From assembly GCA_041577335.1 (NCBI GenBank), contig JBFGJH010000001.1:68221-132220 (forward strand): a stretch of 64,000 nt of DNA, read 5' to 3'. Each line of letters opens with the position of its first letter. Position 1 is the first letter of the stretch. Positions 29,084 to 38,173 of the stretch are shown here, in pieces. The translations under genes were made by a program, and so were the position numbers. The notes beneath the pieces were generated by a model. It was not told where the DNA came from and did no database searches. It worked only from the letters and a program-made list of their open reading frames with translations. This stretch comes from Acidimicrobiia bacterium (GTDB lineage: Bacteria; Actinomycetota; Acidimicrobiia; Spongiisociales; JAENVV01).

Positions 29084-29940
29084 TCGGCCAGGATTCCTTC
29101 GAGATACGATCGGTACGCGGAGCTGGGCATGCCCTGTACGACCTGGCTCAGCTTCTCATGGTCGATGAAGTGCTGCTGCAGGGCAATCTCCTCGAGGCAG
29201 GCGATCTTGATCGATTGGCGATGCTCGATCGTGGCGATGAAGTTGGCGGCCTCGAGCAAACTGTCGTGGGTCCCGCTGTCTAGCCACGCCACCCCCCGAT
29301 CGAGGACCTGGACGTGCAGTGTGCCCTCGGCCAGATACACACGATTCACGTCCGTGATCTCGAGCTCTCCCCTGGCAGACGGGTCGATGGATTTGGCGAC
29401 GTCCACGATCCGATCGTCGTAGACGTAGAGGCCCGGTACGGCGTAGCGAGACTTCGGCTTGGTTGGCTTCTCTTCGATCGAGATCGCGGTGCCCGACTCG
29501 TCGAATTCCACAACGCCATACCGCTCGGGATCACTGACCCGATAGCCGAACACATAGGCGCCGCGACCAAAATCGTCGACCACCTCGTCGAGGCCCAGGC
29601 GTCCGTAGAAGATGTTGTCACCAAGGATCAGGGTGACCGGCTTTCCTTCGATGAACTCCTCGCCGACGAGGAACGCTTGCGCAATCCCCTTGGGCTCAGG
29701 CTGCACGGCGTATCCCAACTCGATGCCCCACTGGCTCCCGTCTCCGAGAAGGTCCTGGAATCGGGGCATGTCGTGGGGCGTGGTGATCAGGAGTATCTCG
29801 CGAATGCCGGCCTGCATGAGCGTGGCCAATGGGTAGTAGATCATCGGCTTGTCGTAGACCGGCTGCAATTGCTTGGAGGCGACTCGGGTGATCGGATCGA
29901 GTCTGCTGCCGGCGCCCCCGGCGAGCACGATGCCTTTCAT
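29080..29940 (-). CDS. rfbA: Glucose-1-phosphate thymidylyltransferase
   Basis: GIVLAGGAGSRL, YDKPMIYY, SARGELEITD and WLDSGT. Confidence 0.96.
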   Translation of the reverse strand: MKGIVLAGGAGSRLDPITRVASKQLQPVYDKPMIYYPLATLMQAGIREILLITTPHDMPRFQDLLGDGSQWGIELGYAVQPEPKGIAQAFLVGEEFIEGKPVTLILGDNIFYGRLGLDEVVDDFGRGAYVFGYRVSDPERYGVVEFDESGTAISIEEKPTKPKSRYAVPGLYVYDDRIVDVAKSIDPSARGELEITDVNRVYLAEGTLHVQVLDRGVAWLDSGTHDSLLEAANFIATIEHRQSIKIACLEEIALQQHFIDHEKLSQVVQGMPSSAYRSYLEGILAE

Positions 29941-29941
29941 A

Positions 29942-30910
29942 TCAGCGGCCCGTTTTGAGGGGTTGCCACCAATCGGACCGGTTCTTGTACCACTCGATGG
30001 TGTCGGCCAGGCGGGTCTCGAGCGTGTGGGCCGGTGCCCAACCGAGCGCGCGGATCTTCGATGAATCGACGGCGTAGCGGCGGTCGTGACCCGGCCGGTC
30101 GGTCACGAACTCGATGAACGATTCGTCACGGCCAGTGGCCGCGAGGAGGCGCCGAGTCAATTCGAGGTTGGTCACCTGGGCATTGGCTCCGATGTTGTAG
30201 ATCTCTCCGAGCTCGCCCTCATCGACGAGTAGGTGGATGGCGGCGCAGTGATCTTCGACGTACAGCCAATCACGCTCGTTGAGTCCGTCGCCATAGACGG
30301 GCACCTTCTTGCCGTCGAGGAGGTTGGTCACGAATAGCGGAATCATCTTCTCGGGGAACTGATATGGCCCGTAATTGTTGGTGCACCGAGTAATGATGAC
30401 CGGGTAGTCAAACGTGATGGCGTAGGACCTCGCCAGTAGGTCCGAACCTGCCTTGGAAGCTGAGTACGGCGACGATGGCTCGAGAGGCGCATCCTCGTCC
30501 GCAAAGCCCTCGGCAATCGACCCATACACCTCGTCGGTGGACACGTGCACGAAACGGTCCACGCCGTGCCGACGGGCCGCATCGACGAGGATGCCCGTGC
30601 CAACCACGTTGGTCTCGAGGAACACCGACGGTCCATCGATTGATCGGTCGACATGACTCTCGGCGGCGAAGTGCACGACAATATCGATGCGGTCCATCAG
30701 CGAGTCCACGAGATCAGCGTTGCGGATATCGCCATGCACGAAAGTGTGGCGGTCAGAACGGTCGAGTTCCTCGACCGTGGACTCAACGCCTGCGTAGGTG
30801 AGGCTGTCAAGGTTCACGACCCTGGCCTCCGGCTCGCGCTCGAGCAACAGCCGAACAAAGTTGGATCCGATGAAGCCGGCGCCACCGGTGACGAGGTATG
30901 TGCGTGCCAT
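29942..30910 (-). CDS. rfbB: dTDP-glucose 4,6-dehydratase
   Basis: TGGAGFIGSNF, HFAAESHVDRS, STDEVYG, YSASK and RPGHDRRY. Confidence 0.96.
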   Translation of the reverse strand: MARTYLVTGGAGFIGSNFVRLLLEREPEARVVNLDSLTYAGVESTVEELDRSDRHTFVHGDIRNADLVDSLMDRIDIVVHFAAESHVDRSIDGPSVFLETNVVGTGILVDAARRHGVDRFVHVSTDEVYGSIAEGFADEDAPLEPSSPYSASKAGSDLLARSYAITFDYPVIITRCTNNYGPYQFPEKMIPLFVTNLLDGKKVPVYGDGLNERDWLYVEDHCAAIHLLVDEGELGEIYNIGANAQVTNLELTRRLLAATGRDESFIEFVTDRPGHDRRYAVDSSKIRALGWAPAHTLETRLADTIEWYKNRSDWWQPLKTGR

Positions 30911-30964
30911 GGTCCCTTCGAGATGCGCGGAGCTGATCATCGTAGAGGACCCACGCCGGAGCCT

Positions 30965-31507
30965 CTAGTCGAACAGCAGCGCTTCAGATGCAGGCGGCGC
31001 GGCCGCGTCCTTGGTTGACAAGACAACCTCAGTCAACGGCCATTCGATGGCCAGGTCTTGGTCGTCATAGCGAATCACTCGATCGCACACCCCGTCGTAG
31101 TAGGCGGACGTCTTGTATACGACGTCCGCGGACTCGCTGAGAACCACGAAGCCGTGACCAAAACCCTCAGGGATCCACAGCTGATGGTGGTTCTCGCTGG
31201 TCAGCTCGACACCCGCCCATTGCATGAATGTCTTCGAGGATCGACGCAGATCAACGGCAACATCCCACACGACGCCGTGCACGACCCGAACGAGCTTGGC
31301 CTGCGGTGAAGGGAGCTGATAGTGGATGCCGCGCAAAACACCTCGGGCCGATCGCGAGTGATTGTCTTGCACAAATCGGACATCCTGCCCGACGATGTCA
31401 CGAAATCGAGCCTGGTTCCAGGCCTCGAAAAAAAAGCCCCGGTCGTCTCCATGGACGGTGGGGCTCACCACTAGCACGGAGCCGATCAGGGTGTCGACGA
31501 TCTTCAT
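30965..31507 (-). CDS. rfbC: dTDP-4-dehydrorhamnose 3,5-epimerase
   Basis: DDRGFFFE, VQDNHSRS, LRGIHYQ and GFGHGF. Confidence 0.95.
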   Translation of the reverse strand: MKIVDTLIGSVLVVSPTVHGDDRGFFFEAWNQARFRDIVGQDVRFVQDNHSRSARGVLRGIHYQLPSPQAKLVRVVHGVVWDVAVDLRRSSKTFMQWAGVELTSENHHQLWIPEGFGHGFVVLSESADVVYKTSAYYDGVCDRVIRYDDQDLAIEWPLTEVVLSTKDAAAPPASEALLFD

Positions 31508-31615
31508 GTCCCAGCCACGGGCGATAGAGGATATCGCGGGCATGTTAGTCTCCACTGTCTCGATGCCGGGCCTCGCCTGTCAGGTTCGCTTCCGGGTCCC
31601 TCACGAAGACTGAAC

Positions 31616-32446
31616 ATGACGCTTCGAACATCCTCTCTGCCCAGTGCGGCCGCGCAATACGCCTCGAATCTCTGGAGGCGGCGCGAATTCGCCTGGTTTC
31701 TCGCTTTGGGAAACCTCAAAGCGCGCAATGCCTCAACCAGCCTCGGGTTGTTCTGGTGGGTGCTCGACCCGATCCTTTTGGGAAGCATCTACGCGCTGGT
31801 ATTCGGTGTGATATTCCAGGTAGACCGCGATACCGAAGCCTACGTCGCGTATTTGATGGCGGGGATGTTCGCCTTTCACTACACCCGCCAGGCGTTGACC
31901 GGGTCGGTGAACAGCATCGTTTCGAACACTCGACTGCTGGCGAATCTCAACTTCCCCCGCCTGGTGCTGCCTATCTCGTCCCTGATGGAATCGGCATTTG
32001 GCTTTGCCGCCTCTCTGGTTGTCTACTACGTCATCATTTTCCCGATCGACGGAGTCCGTCCGACGGCGGCGATCGTGTGGCTGATCCCGGCGTTCATCAT
32101 CCACACCTTCTTCAACCTGGGGCTTGGCTCGATCGCCGCTCGAGTGGCGGTGCCATTTCGCGATGTCAACAATCTCGTGCCGTACTTGCTGCGCTTGTGG
32201 CTCTACATGTCACCCGTTATCTATCCGGTGACGCGTCTCGAAGCCGCCCCGGAGAACCTCGTCCGAATCCTCGAGTTCAACCCCATGTTCCCAATATTGG
32301 CGATGTACCGCCACGCCCTCATGGGCGACCTTCAGCCTCTCACCGCGTCGGATGTGTGGATGTCGACAGCATGGGCAGCAGCGCTAGCTCTCGGCGGCGT
32401 GGCCACCTTCATCGCCGCCGAGGGGCGCATGTCGAGGTATGTATGA
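31616..32446 (+). CDS. wzm: Polysaccharide ABC transporter permease
   Basis: LGLFWWVLDP, FRDVNN, YMSPVIY and NPM; stop overlaps the wzt start (ATGA). Confidence 0.92.
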   Translation: MTLRTSSLPSAAAQYASNLWRRREFAWFLALGNLKARNASTSLGLFWWVLDPILLGSIYALVFGVIFQVDRDTEAYVAYLMAGMFAFHYTRQALTGSVNSIVSNTRLLANLNFPRLVLPISSLMESAFGFAASLVVYYVIIFPIDGVRPTAAIVWLIPAFIIHTFFNLGLGSIAARVAVPFRDVNNLVPYLLRLWLYMSPVIYPVTRLEAAPENLVRILEFNPMFPILAMYRHALMGDLQPLTASDVWMSTAWAAALALGGVATFIAAEGRMSRYV

Positions 32447-34218
32447 CCAATTCGCAACTGGCCATCGTTGCCCGGGGCGTCGGCGTTCGATTTCGGCCGA
32501 CGATCGACCGCAAGCCCACCCTGAGGCGCTCGATCGGCTCGCTTCGACACAAAGAACGAGAGGTCGTTGTCGCCCTGGACGACGTCGACGTAGAGGTCAG
32601 GAAAGGTGAGGCGTTCGGCGTCATCGGCAGAAACGGAGCCGGAAAATCCACCCTCCTCCGCGTTTTTGCCAAGACGCTGAAGCCAGACGAGGGAACCATC
32701 AATGTGTACGGCAAAACCTCTACGCTGCTCAGCTTGGGAGTGGGCTTCAACCCGCAGCTCTCCGGCCGTCGCAACGTGCTCCTTGGGGGCTTGGCTGCCG
32801 GTCTCACGAAAGCCGAAATCGACGCCAAATTCGACGATATCGTCGACTACGCCGAGATTCGCTCTGCCATCGACAGACCGGTGAAGACGTATTCTTCAGG
32901 GATGTTCGCCCGACTGGCATTCTCCGTCGGGATGGCACTCGACCCCAACATCCTCTTGCTCGACGAGGTTCTGGCCGTCGGCGATGAGCAGTTTCAGAAG
33001 AAGAGCAAGGCAGCGATGCGCGAGCTGCTCGACCGCGCCGGGACAATTGTGTTCGTGTCACATTCGCTCGCAGGTGTCGCCGAATTCTGCGATCGGGCGA
33101 TGTGGATGGACAGCGGCCACCCGGTCATCGTCGGCGAGGCCACAGAGGTGGTCGAGCAATACAAGCATTGGGTACGAGCGGGATCACGGAGCCAGGACCT
33201 CGACGCGATCCGAGCTGGCACACTGCCGGCCGTGGCCGCACAGATGCCGATCGCCGACACATCAACTCCCCCTGCGCCGGTACAACCGTGGGCGGGTTAT
33301 GAGCACTCCGGCTTCAGCCATCTCCTCGTGAAGGATCCGGCAGTCACCATCGAGTCGGGTCAGTTTCTCCGAACGATCGACCCGAGCGAACGGTATGAGG
33401 TCAAAGAAACCGGCGGACGTCCGCCGCAGCCTCCACTCGCGGATCCGGCGACGATCAAGGTGTTCCATGGAGTGAACAAATCGGCGAGTGGCAGCTTCAG
33501 TCTCACCATCGAGGAAGGCCTCCGGCATGCCGGAGAAGAACGGCGGATCATCAACCGGTTCTCACTCTTCAACAAATACTCACTCGACGAGCTGCTCGAC
33601 ATGCTCAACGCAGAGGGATCGACTGCCGAGTTCCTTGCCGACCACGGATCGTATGGGACGGCGAAGCGGCTCAACCGGCCGGTGACCTATTTGACCGTGA
33701 TCCGGGAGCCGGTGATCCGTGCCGTCTCGGTATACAGCTGGCTCGCCAAACACTCGCCCAAGATGATCGGAGACCGGGACTTGGTGAAATGGGGAAGCGA
33801 CGCCCACAAGACATTCGGCACGGCCATCCAATTCTTGGCACCCGATCCAAAGCACCGAAGGGAGGTAGCCAACACCCATACCGCCGCTGAGATCGTCGAC
33901 CGCGCCACCAAGGTCCTGGAGACGGAGTTCTCTCTCGTGGCGCCGTCCGACCTCCTCGACGAAGCCCTCTTTGTCACAGCACACGAGATGCAGATCCCTT
34001 CGCTGACACCTTGGAAGCGTGACGATCGCCAGCCCGATCGACCACCGCTCGCCGACCTCGATCCTGGCGCCGTCGACGCGTTATCCGAGATCCTCAGCGC
34101 AGAGATCGACTTCTATAACCTTCACCGAGCCCGCTTCCTCTCGCTGTGGGAGGGCTATCGGTTCGGCACGGAGTTCGAGCAGTACCATCAAAGAGCCCGA
34201 CAGGAGCATAGAACATGA
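32443..34218 (+). CDS. wzt: Polysaccharide ABC transporter ATPase with C-terminal sulfotransferase-fold domain
   Basis: GRNGAGKST, YSSGM and LLDEVLAVGD in the first ~245 aa; later VFHGVNKSASGS and LTVIREPVIRAVSVY, which resemble the 5'-PSB and 3'-PB motifs. Confidence 0.85.
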   Translation: MTNSQLAIVARGVGVRFRPTIDRKPTLRRSIGSLRHKEREVVVALDDVDVEVRKGEAFGVIGRNGAGKSTLLRVFAKTLKPDEGTINVYGKTSTLLSLGVGFNPQLSGRRNVLLGGLAAGLTKAEIDAKFDDIVDYAEIRSAIDRPVKTYSSGMFARLAFSVGMALDPNILLLDEVLAVGDEQFQKKSKAAMRELLDRAGTIVFVSHSLAGVAEFCDRAMWMDSGHPVIVGEATEVVEQYKHWVRAGSRSQDLDAIRAGTLPAVAAQMPIADTSTPPAPVQPWAGYEHSGFSHLLVKDPAVTIESGQFLRTIDPSERYEVKETGGRPPQPPLADPATIKVFHGVNKSASGSFSLTIEEGLRHAGEERRIINRFSLFNKYSLDELLDMLNAEGSTAEFLADHGSYGTAKRLNRPVTYLTVIREPVIRAVSVYSWLAKHSPKMIGDRDLVKWGSDAHKTFGTAIQFLAPDPKHRREVANTHTAAEIVDRATKVLETEFSLVAPSDLLDEALFVTAHEMQIPSLTPWKRDDRQPDRPPLADLDPGAVDALSEILSAEIDFYNLHRARFLSLWEGYRFGTEFEQYHQRARQEHRT

Positions 34219-34237
34219 CCGTGAGGAGACCCCGCCC

Positions 34238-34777
34238 ATGGTGATCTGGGTCACAGGAATGTCGGCCGCCGGGAAAACGACGTTGTGCCGAGCGCTGTAC
34301 GACATGATCAAACCAAGCATGGCCAATCTCGTTCTTCTCGAAGGCGAGACGTTACGCGGCGTCTTCGGCGATGACCTCGGATACGAGATTCACGACCGTG
34401 TTGAAGGAGTCCACAGGCTGCGCGGCCTTGCCGACACCCTGACAAGACAGGACATCGGAATCATCGCCGCTTCGGTGTACCTGGACGACGAGTTGTCCGA
34501 CTGGAACCGCGCCAACCTCCCTGGGTATTTCGAGGTCTTCTTGGACGCATCACTGGAGACGGTGCAGAGTCGCGACCCCAGGGGCCTCTATGCCAAGGCT
34601 GTCGCGGGGACCATGTCGAATGTGGTCGGATTTGACATTCCGCTCGGCCAGCTGAGCTCACCGGACATGATCGTCGATGTAGACCATGCCCCCCCTGCTA
34701 TCGAGACAGCTCTCAAGATTGTCGCCGAGATTCCTGAGATTGCCGGCCGCCTCGCTGAGATCCCCCGTCCGCAGTGA
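34238..34777 (+). CDS. APS-kinase-family kinase, divergent (Cj1415-like)
   Basis: IWVTGMSAAGKTT and RDPRGLY, but it lacks the (F/P)I(S/A)P and FTGI..PYE motifs; has WNRANL..YFEV and NVVGFDIP. Confidence 0.8.
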   Translation: MVIWVTGMSAAGKTTLCRALYDMIKPSMANLVLLEGETLRGVFGDDLGYEIHDRVEGVHRLRGLADTLTRQDIGIIAASVYLDDELSDWNRANLPGYFEVFLDASLETVQSRDPRGLYAKAVAGTMSNVVGFDIPLGQLSSPDMIVDVDHAPPAIETALKIVAEIPEIAGRLAEIPRPQ

Positions 34778-36309
34778 TCGTCGTCATCAACCTCGGCCTG
34801 AAAAGCGTGCGATCAATCGTCTTCTCGTATGACGGCATGGTCCAGGCTCAGGCGTCAGAGCCCATCCACACCTACGTGAGCAACGAGTCGGTCGAACAGG
34901 ATCCCCGTGAGTGGGAACGCCTCACGAAGGATGTGGTGAGGAAGACTATGACCGAGCTCGGGGATGCGGCTCAGTCGATCGAGTACGTGGCAGTCACCAC
35001 GTCGGCCTCATGCCTTGTCGCGGTCGACGGGCACGGGACGCCAACTCGCAACTCGGTGCTGGTCTCCGACACCCGCTCCACCGAGCAGGCCCGACTCCTT
35101 GCCAACACCTTCGAGTTCCGGTCGGTCCTGGCCGACACAGGCCTGAGCCCATCGCCCGACCTGATGCTGCCGAAGATGATGTGGATCAAGCGCCATGAGC
35201 CTGAGGTGCTAAAGGCGACGAAACATTTCATGAACGTTGGTGACTATCTGGTGGCTTTGCTCACCGGTCGGTACGTCACCGACCCCAACAACGCGTCGAA
35301 GTTCCACCATGCCGCTGGCATCGGCTACCCCAACAGCCTCCTCGACAGCCTCGGCCTCGACCCCAAAGGCCTCCCCGCAGTGGAGAACGCCGGGACCTCG
35401 GTCGGCAAGGTCCTCCCCGAAATCGCCACCGAACTCGGCCTTCCCACCTCAACCGAAGTCATTCTGGCGACCTACGACGCCCTCGCAGCGGTCACAGGCA
35501 CCGGCGCATTCGAAGTAGGAGAAGCAGTCGACGTTTCCGGCACCGTAACCAGTTTTCGCGTCGTCACCGATCATCATGTGCATGACCCAGAGGGTCGCGT
35601 GTATGTCAATCCGCACCTCGACGGGACGTGGTTGATCGGCGGGTCCAACAACCTCGGCGGAGGCATCGTCGAGTGGCTCAAGCAGTTGTTCTTTGCCGGT
35701 GATGATGATCCCTATGGAGCGATCGAGGCGGAGGCGGCTTCCGAGCAGCCGTGCCCCGGTGGCCTCATTTTCTTGCCGTATCTCCTCGGCGAGCGCGCAC
35801 CGAAATGGGACCCTGACTGCCGAGGCGTCTTCTTTGGGCTCAACAGGGCCCACGGCCGACCGCAGATGGTGCGCGCCGTCCTCGAGAGCATTGGATTCTC
35901 GGTGCGCGACATCGCCACCGTGTTGAAGAGCTTCATGGTCGAGCCCCATGTGGTCAATGTTTCCGGCGGGCTCGCTCGAATCGATCTCGCCAACCAGATC
36001 AAAGCCGACATCCTGGGTGTTCCGGTTCAGCGCCTTTCCAATTTCGAGACGACATCTATCGGCGCCGCCCTCATCGCCCTCAGCGCCACCAATGTGTTCA
36101 GCAGTCCTCGCGAGGGGTTCTCGAGCTTCTGCCGCATCGACAGGGTCTTCGAGCCCAATCCCGCCGTACACATGGTGTACGACGAGTATTTCGAGCTGTA
36201 CCGATCCACCTACGATGCCCTCCGTCCGGTATTCGAACAGCGCAAACGAATCATCGGCCGCCTCAGCCAGGTCGGCATCTCCGAGCTCACGATCGCCGAG
36301 AACCTGTGA
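34774..36309 (+). CDS. FGGY-family carbohydrate kinase
   Basis: EQDPREW, SDTRS, FLPYLLGERAPKWD, RGVFFGL, VSGGLA and KADILG. Confidence 0.88.
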   Translation: MIVVINLGLKSVRSIVFSYDGMVQAQASEPIHTYVSNESVEQDPREWERLTKDVVRKTMTELGDAAQSIEYVAVTTSASCLVAVDGHGTPTRNSVLVSDTRSTEQARLLANTFEFRSVLADTGLSPSPDLMLPKMMWIKRHEPEVLKATKHFMNVGDYLVALLTGRYVTDPNNASKFHHAAGIGYPNSLLDSLGLDPKGLPAVENAGTSVGKVLPEIATELGLPTSTEVILATYDALAAVTGTGAFEVGEAVDVSGTVTSFRVVTDHHVHDPEGRVYVNPHLDGTWLIGGSNNLGGGIVEWLKQLFFAGDDDPYGAIEAEAASEQPCPGGLIFLPYLLGERAPKWDPDCRGVFFGLNRAHGRPQMVRAVLESIGFSVRDIATVLKSFMVEPHVVNVSGGLARIDLANQIKADILGVPVQRLSNFETTSIGAALIALSATNVFSSPREGFSSFCRIDRVFEPNPAVHMVYDEYFELYRSTYDALRPVFEQRKRIIGRLSQVGISELTIAENL

Positions 36310-37448
36310 GCGCCGTGGGTAGTGCCTGGCGTATCGACTCACCGACCAGGATCCGCTTTGGTGTGGGAGCCCTGGACACACTTGCCGAGGAAGCCCCCCA
36401 ATTTGGCGAAAGGGCGGCGGTGATAGCCGGCAACTCTGCTCGCCAGAACGGCACTGTGGATCGATGCCTTCGCCTCGTGCCGGGTGCCATTGTCTTTCCC
36501 GATCCCATCGGCGCTGATCCGGCAGTTGCCCAAGTCGACGGTCTCACCCGTTTCGTCGCTGATCGCGAGGCGACATGTCTCGTGGCGATTGGCGGTGGCA
36601 GTGTCCTCGATGCGGCCAAAGCAGCCTCGGCGGTCGTTTCCGGGGGCGGTTCGACTGCCGACTATCTCAGCGGCGCCAAAGCTGTCCCCGCCGAGACCCT
36701 TCCGGTGATTGCCGTGCCGACGACGGCGGGCACGGGAGCCGAGCTATCCAAGGGAGCCATCATCACCTGGCCGGAGCACCGGATCAAGCATGGAATCCGT
36801 GGTGAGGGATTAGTCCCACGCGTCGCCATCGTCGATCCATCACTGGCGGCTACAGCCCCTGAGTCGGTGACTCGCTTCTCGGGATTCGACGCATTCGCCC
36901 ATGCCGTGGAGACGTTCATCTCGCATGCTGCCAATCCCCTCACCGCCATACTCTCCCAACATGCCGTCCGTAGCATTGTTTCCGCGCTCCCGCGTGCGCT
37001 CCGTGATCCGCATGACATCGAGGCGCGCACGAGCATGGCGCTGTCAGCCATGCTCATGGGATACAACCTCGCCAACGCCTCCACGTGCCTACCCCACCGG
37101 CTCCAGTATCCGCTGGGTTTCGTCACGTCTACGCCGCACGGGCTCGGGCTGGCAGCGCTCTTCCCAGGATGGGTGGCGGTGACGGCGTCCGCTGCGCCCG
37201 AGAAGTGGGCACAGGTCGTTCGATGGATGGGATTCGATGAGACCGAGGTCGATCCCGCGCTAGCCATCGGGCGGTTCCTCGCTGACGTAGACGCGACCTC
37301 CGACCTCGAAGCGCTGGGCGCCAACCGATCCGATATCGGCACGCTTGTCGGCTCAGTCCGTGGCAACCTCGCCAACGATCCCTGGTGGAACGATGGGCGA
37401 GACATCGGAGACATCTACCGGGCAGCGCTCCAAGGAGCGACCCTGTGA
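36306..37448 (+). CDS. Iron-containing alcohol dehydrogenase
   Basis: GGGSVLDAAK, PTTAGTGAE, DAFAHAVE, PHRLQY and PHGL. Confidence 0.9.
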   Translation: MSAVGSAWRIDSPTRIRFGVGALDTLAEEAPQFGERAAVIAGNSARQNGTVDRCLRLVPGAIVFPDPIGADPAVAQVDGLTRFVADREATCLVAIGGGSVLDAAKAASAVVSGGGSTADYLSGAKAVPAETLPVIAVPTTAGTGAELSKGAIITWPEHRIKHGIRGEGLVPRVAIVDPSLAATAPESVTRFSGFDAFAHAVETFISHAANPLTAILSQHAVRSIVSALPRALRDPHDIEARTSMALSAMLMGYNLANASTCLPHRLQYPLGFVTSTPHGLGLAALFPGWVAVTASAAPEKWAQVVRWMGFDETEVDPALAIGRFLADVDATSDLEALGANRSDIGTLVGSVRGNLANDPWWNDGRDIGDIYRAALQGATL

Positions 37449-38173
37449 ACGCGTTGATCCTGGCTGCCGGTCGAGGAAGAAGGATCGAAGAGCTCACGCA
37501 AGGCATGCCGAAGTGTTTTCTCGAAGTGGGCGGCAAACGCATCATCGAGCACCAGATCGACGCCTGCAGGAACGCCCGGATCGACGACATCGTGATCGTC
37601 ACCGGCTGGCGGGCGAGCGAAGTCGAGGCTGCTCTGAACTCTCACAGGGCCACCTTCATTCGCAACCCGTTCTTTGACCGCACGAATGTGCTCTCATCGG
37701 TCTGGTTTGCCGCGCCGCGGCTTCGCGAAGGCTTCTACTTCATGCACGCCGACACATTGTTCGACCCTTCGATCCTCGTCGACCTACGGGAGCACCCGGG
37801 CGACCTGGTCTTGTGCGTTGAGACCAAATCGGTGTCAGACGAAGAGATGAAGGTTCGGCTGGTCGATGGGACGATCCAAGAGATCAACAAGACCATGGAC
37901 CTCGCCGACGCCCAAGGTGAATTCACGGGTGTTCTCAAAGTCAGCCCCGCCCTCGCGCCCACGGTGGTCGACACCATCGAACACTTCATCGAAATCGAGA
38001 ATCGGGTCGAGGACTTCTTCGAGGTTGTCATCCAAGATCTGATCGACCGTGGCATCGGCGCCGAGATTCTGGACATAGGCGACCGCATATCGATTGAAAT
38101 CGACTTCCCTGAGGACTACGAGGAGGCGGTTGCCCGATTGGGTCAGTCGGCCGGATGGGGCGACCATGGCTGA
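37445..38173 (+). CDS. LicC-family (phosphocholine-type) cytidylyltransferase
   Basis: ILAAGRGRR...PKC, HADTLFD, EEMKV, GEFTG and EIDFPED; GTGA overlap with the upstream gene. Confidence 0.85.
   Translation: MNALILAAGRGRRIEELTQGMPKCFLEVGGKRIIEHQIDACRNARIDDIVIVTGWRASEVEAALNSHRATFIRNPFFDRTNVLSSVWFAAPRLREGFYFMHADTLFDPSILVDLREHPGDLVLCVETKSVSDEEMKVRLVDGTIQEINKTMDLADAQGEFTGVLKVSPALAPTVVDTIEHFIEIENRVEDFFEVVIQDLIDRGIGAEILDIGDRISIEIDFPEDYEEAVARLGQSAGWGDHG

Noticed and set aside
31756..32442. N-terminal extension of the 820-aa ORF (similar extensions at 38645, 37385, 23824 and 6727)
   Set aside because: It overlaps real upstream genes in another frame; true starts are marked by ATGA/GTGA coupling or leaderless promoters
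36306..38173. Fe-ADH + cytidylyltransferase as a phosphonate (hydroxyethylphosphonate) biosynthesis cluster
   Set aside because: No PEP mutase or phosphonopyruvate decarboxylase in the window; the neighbours are a sugar kinase and an aldolase
34238..38173. Complete Campylobacter-type O-methyl phosphoramidate pathway
   Set aside because: No glutamine kinase (PEP-utilising fold) or glutamine amidotransferase-like hydrolase is present; only the kinase and cytidylyltransferase analogues
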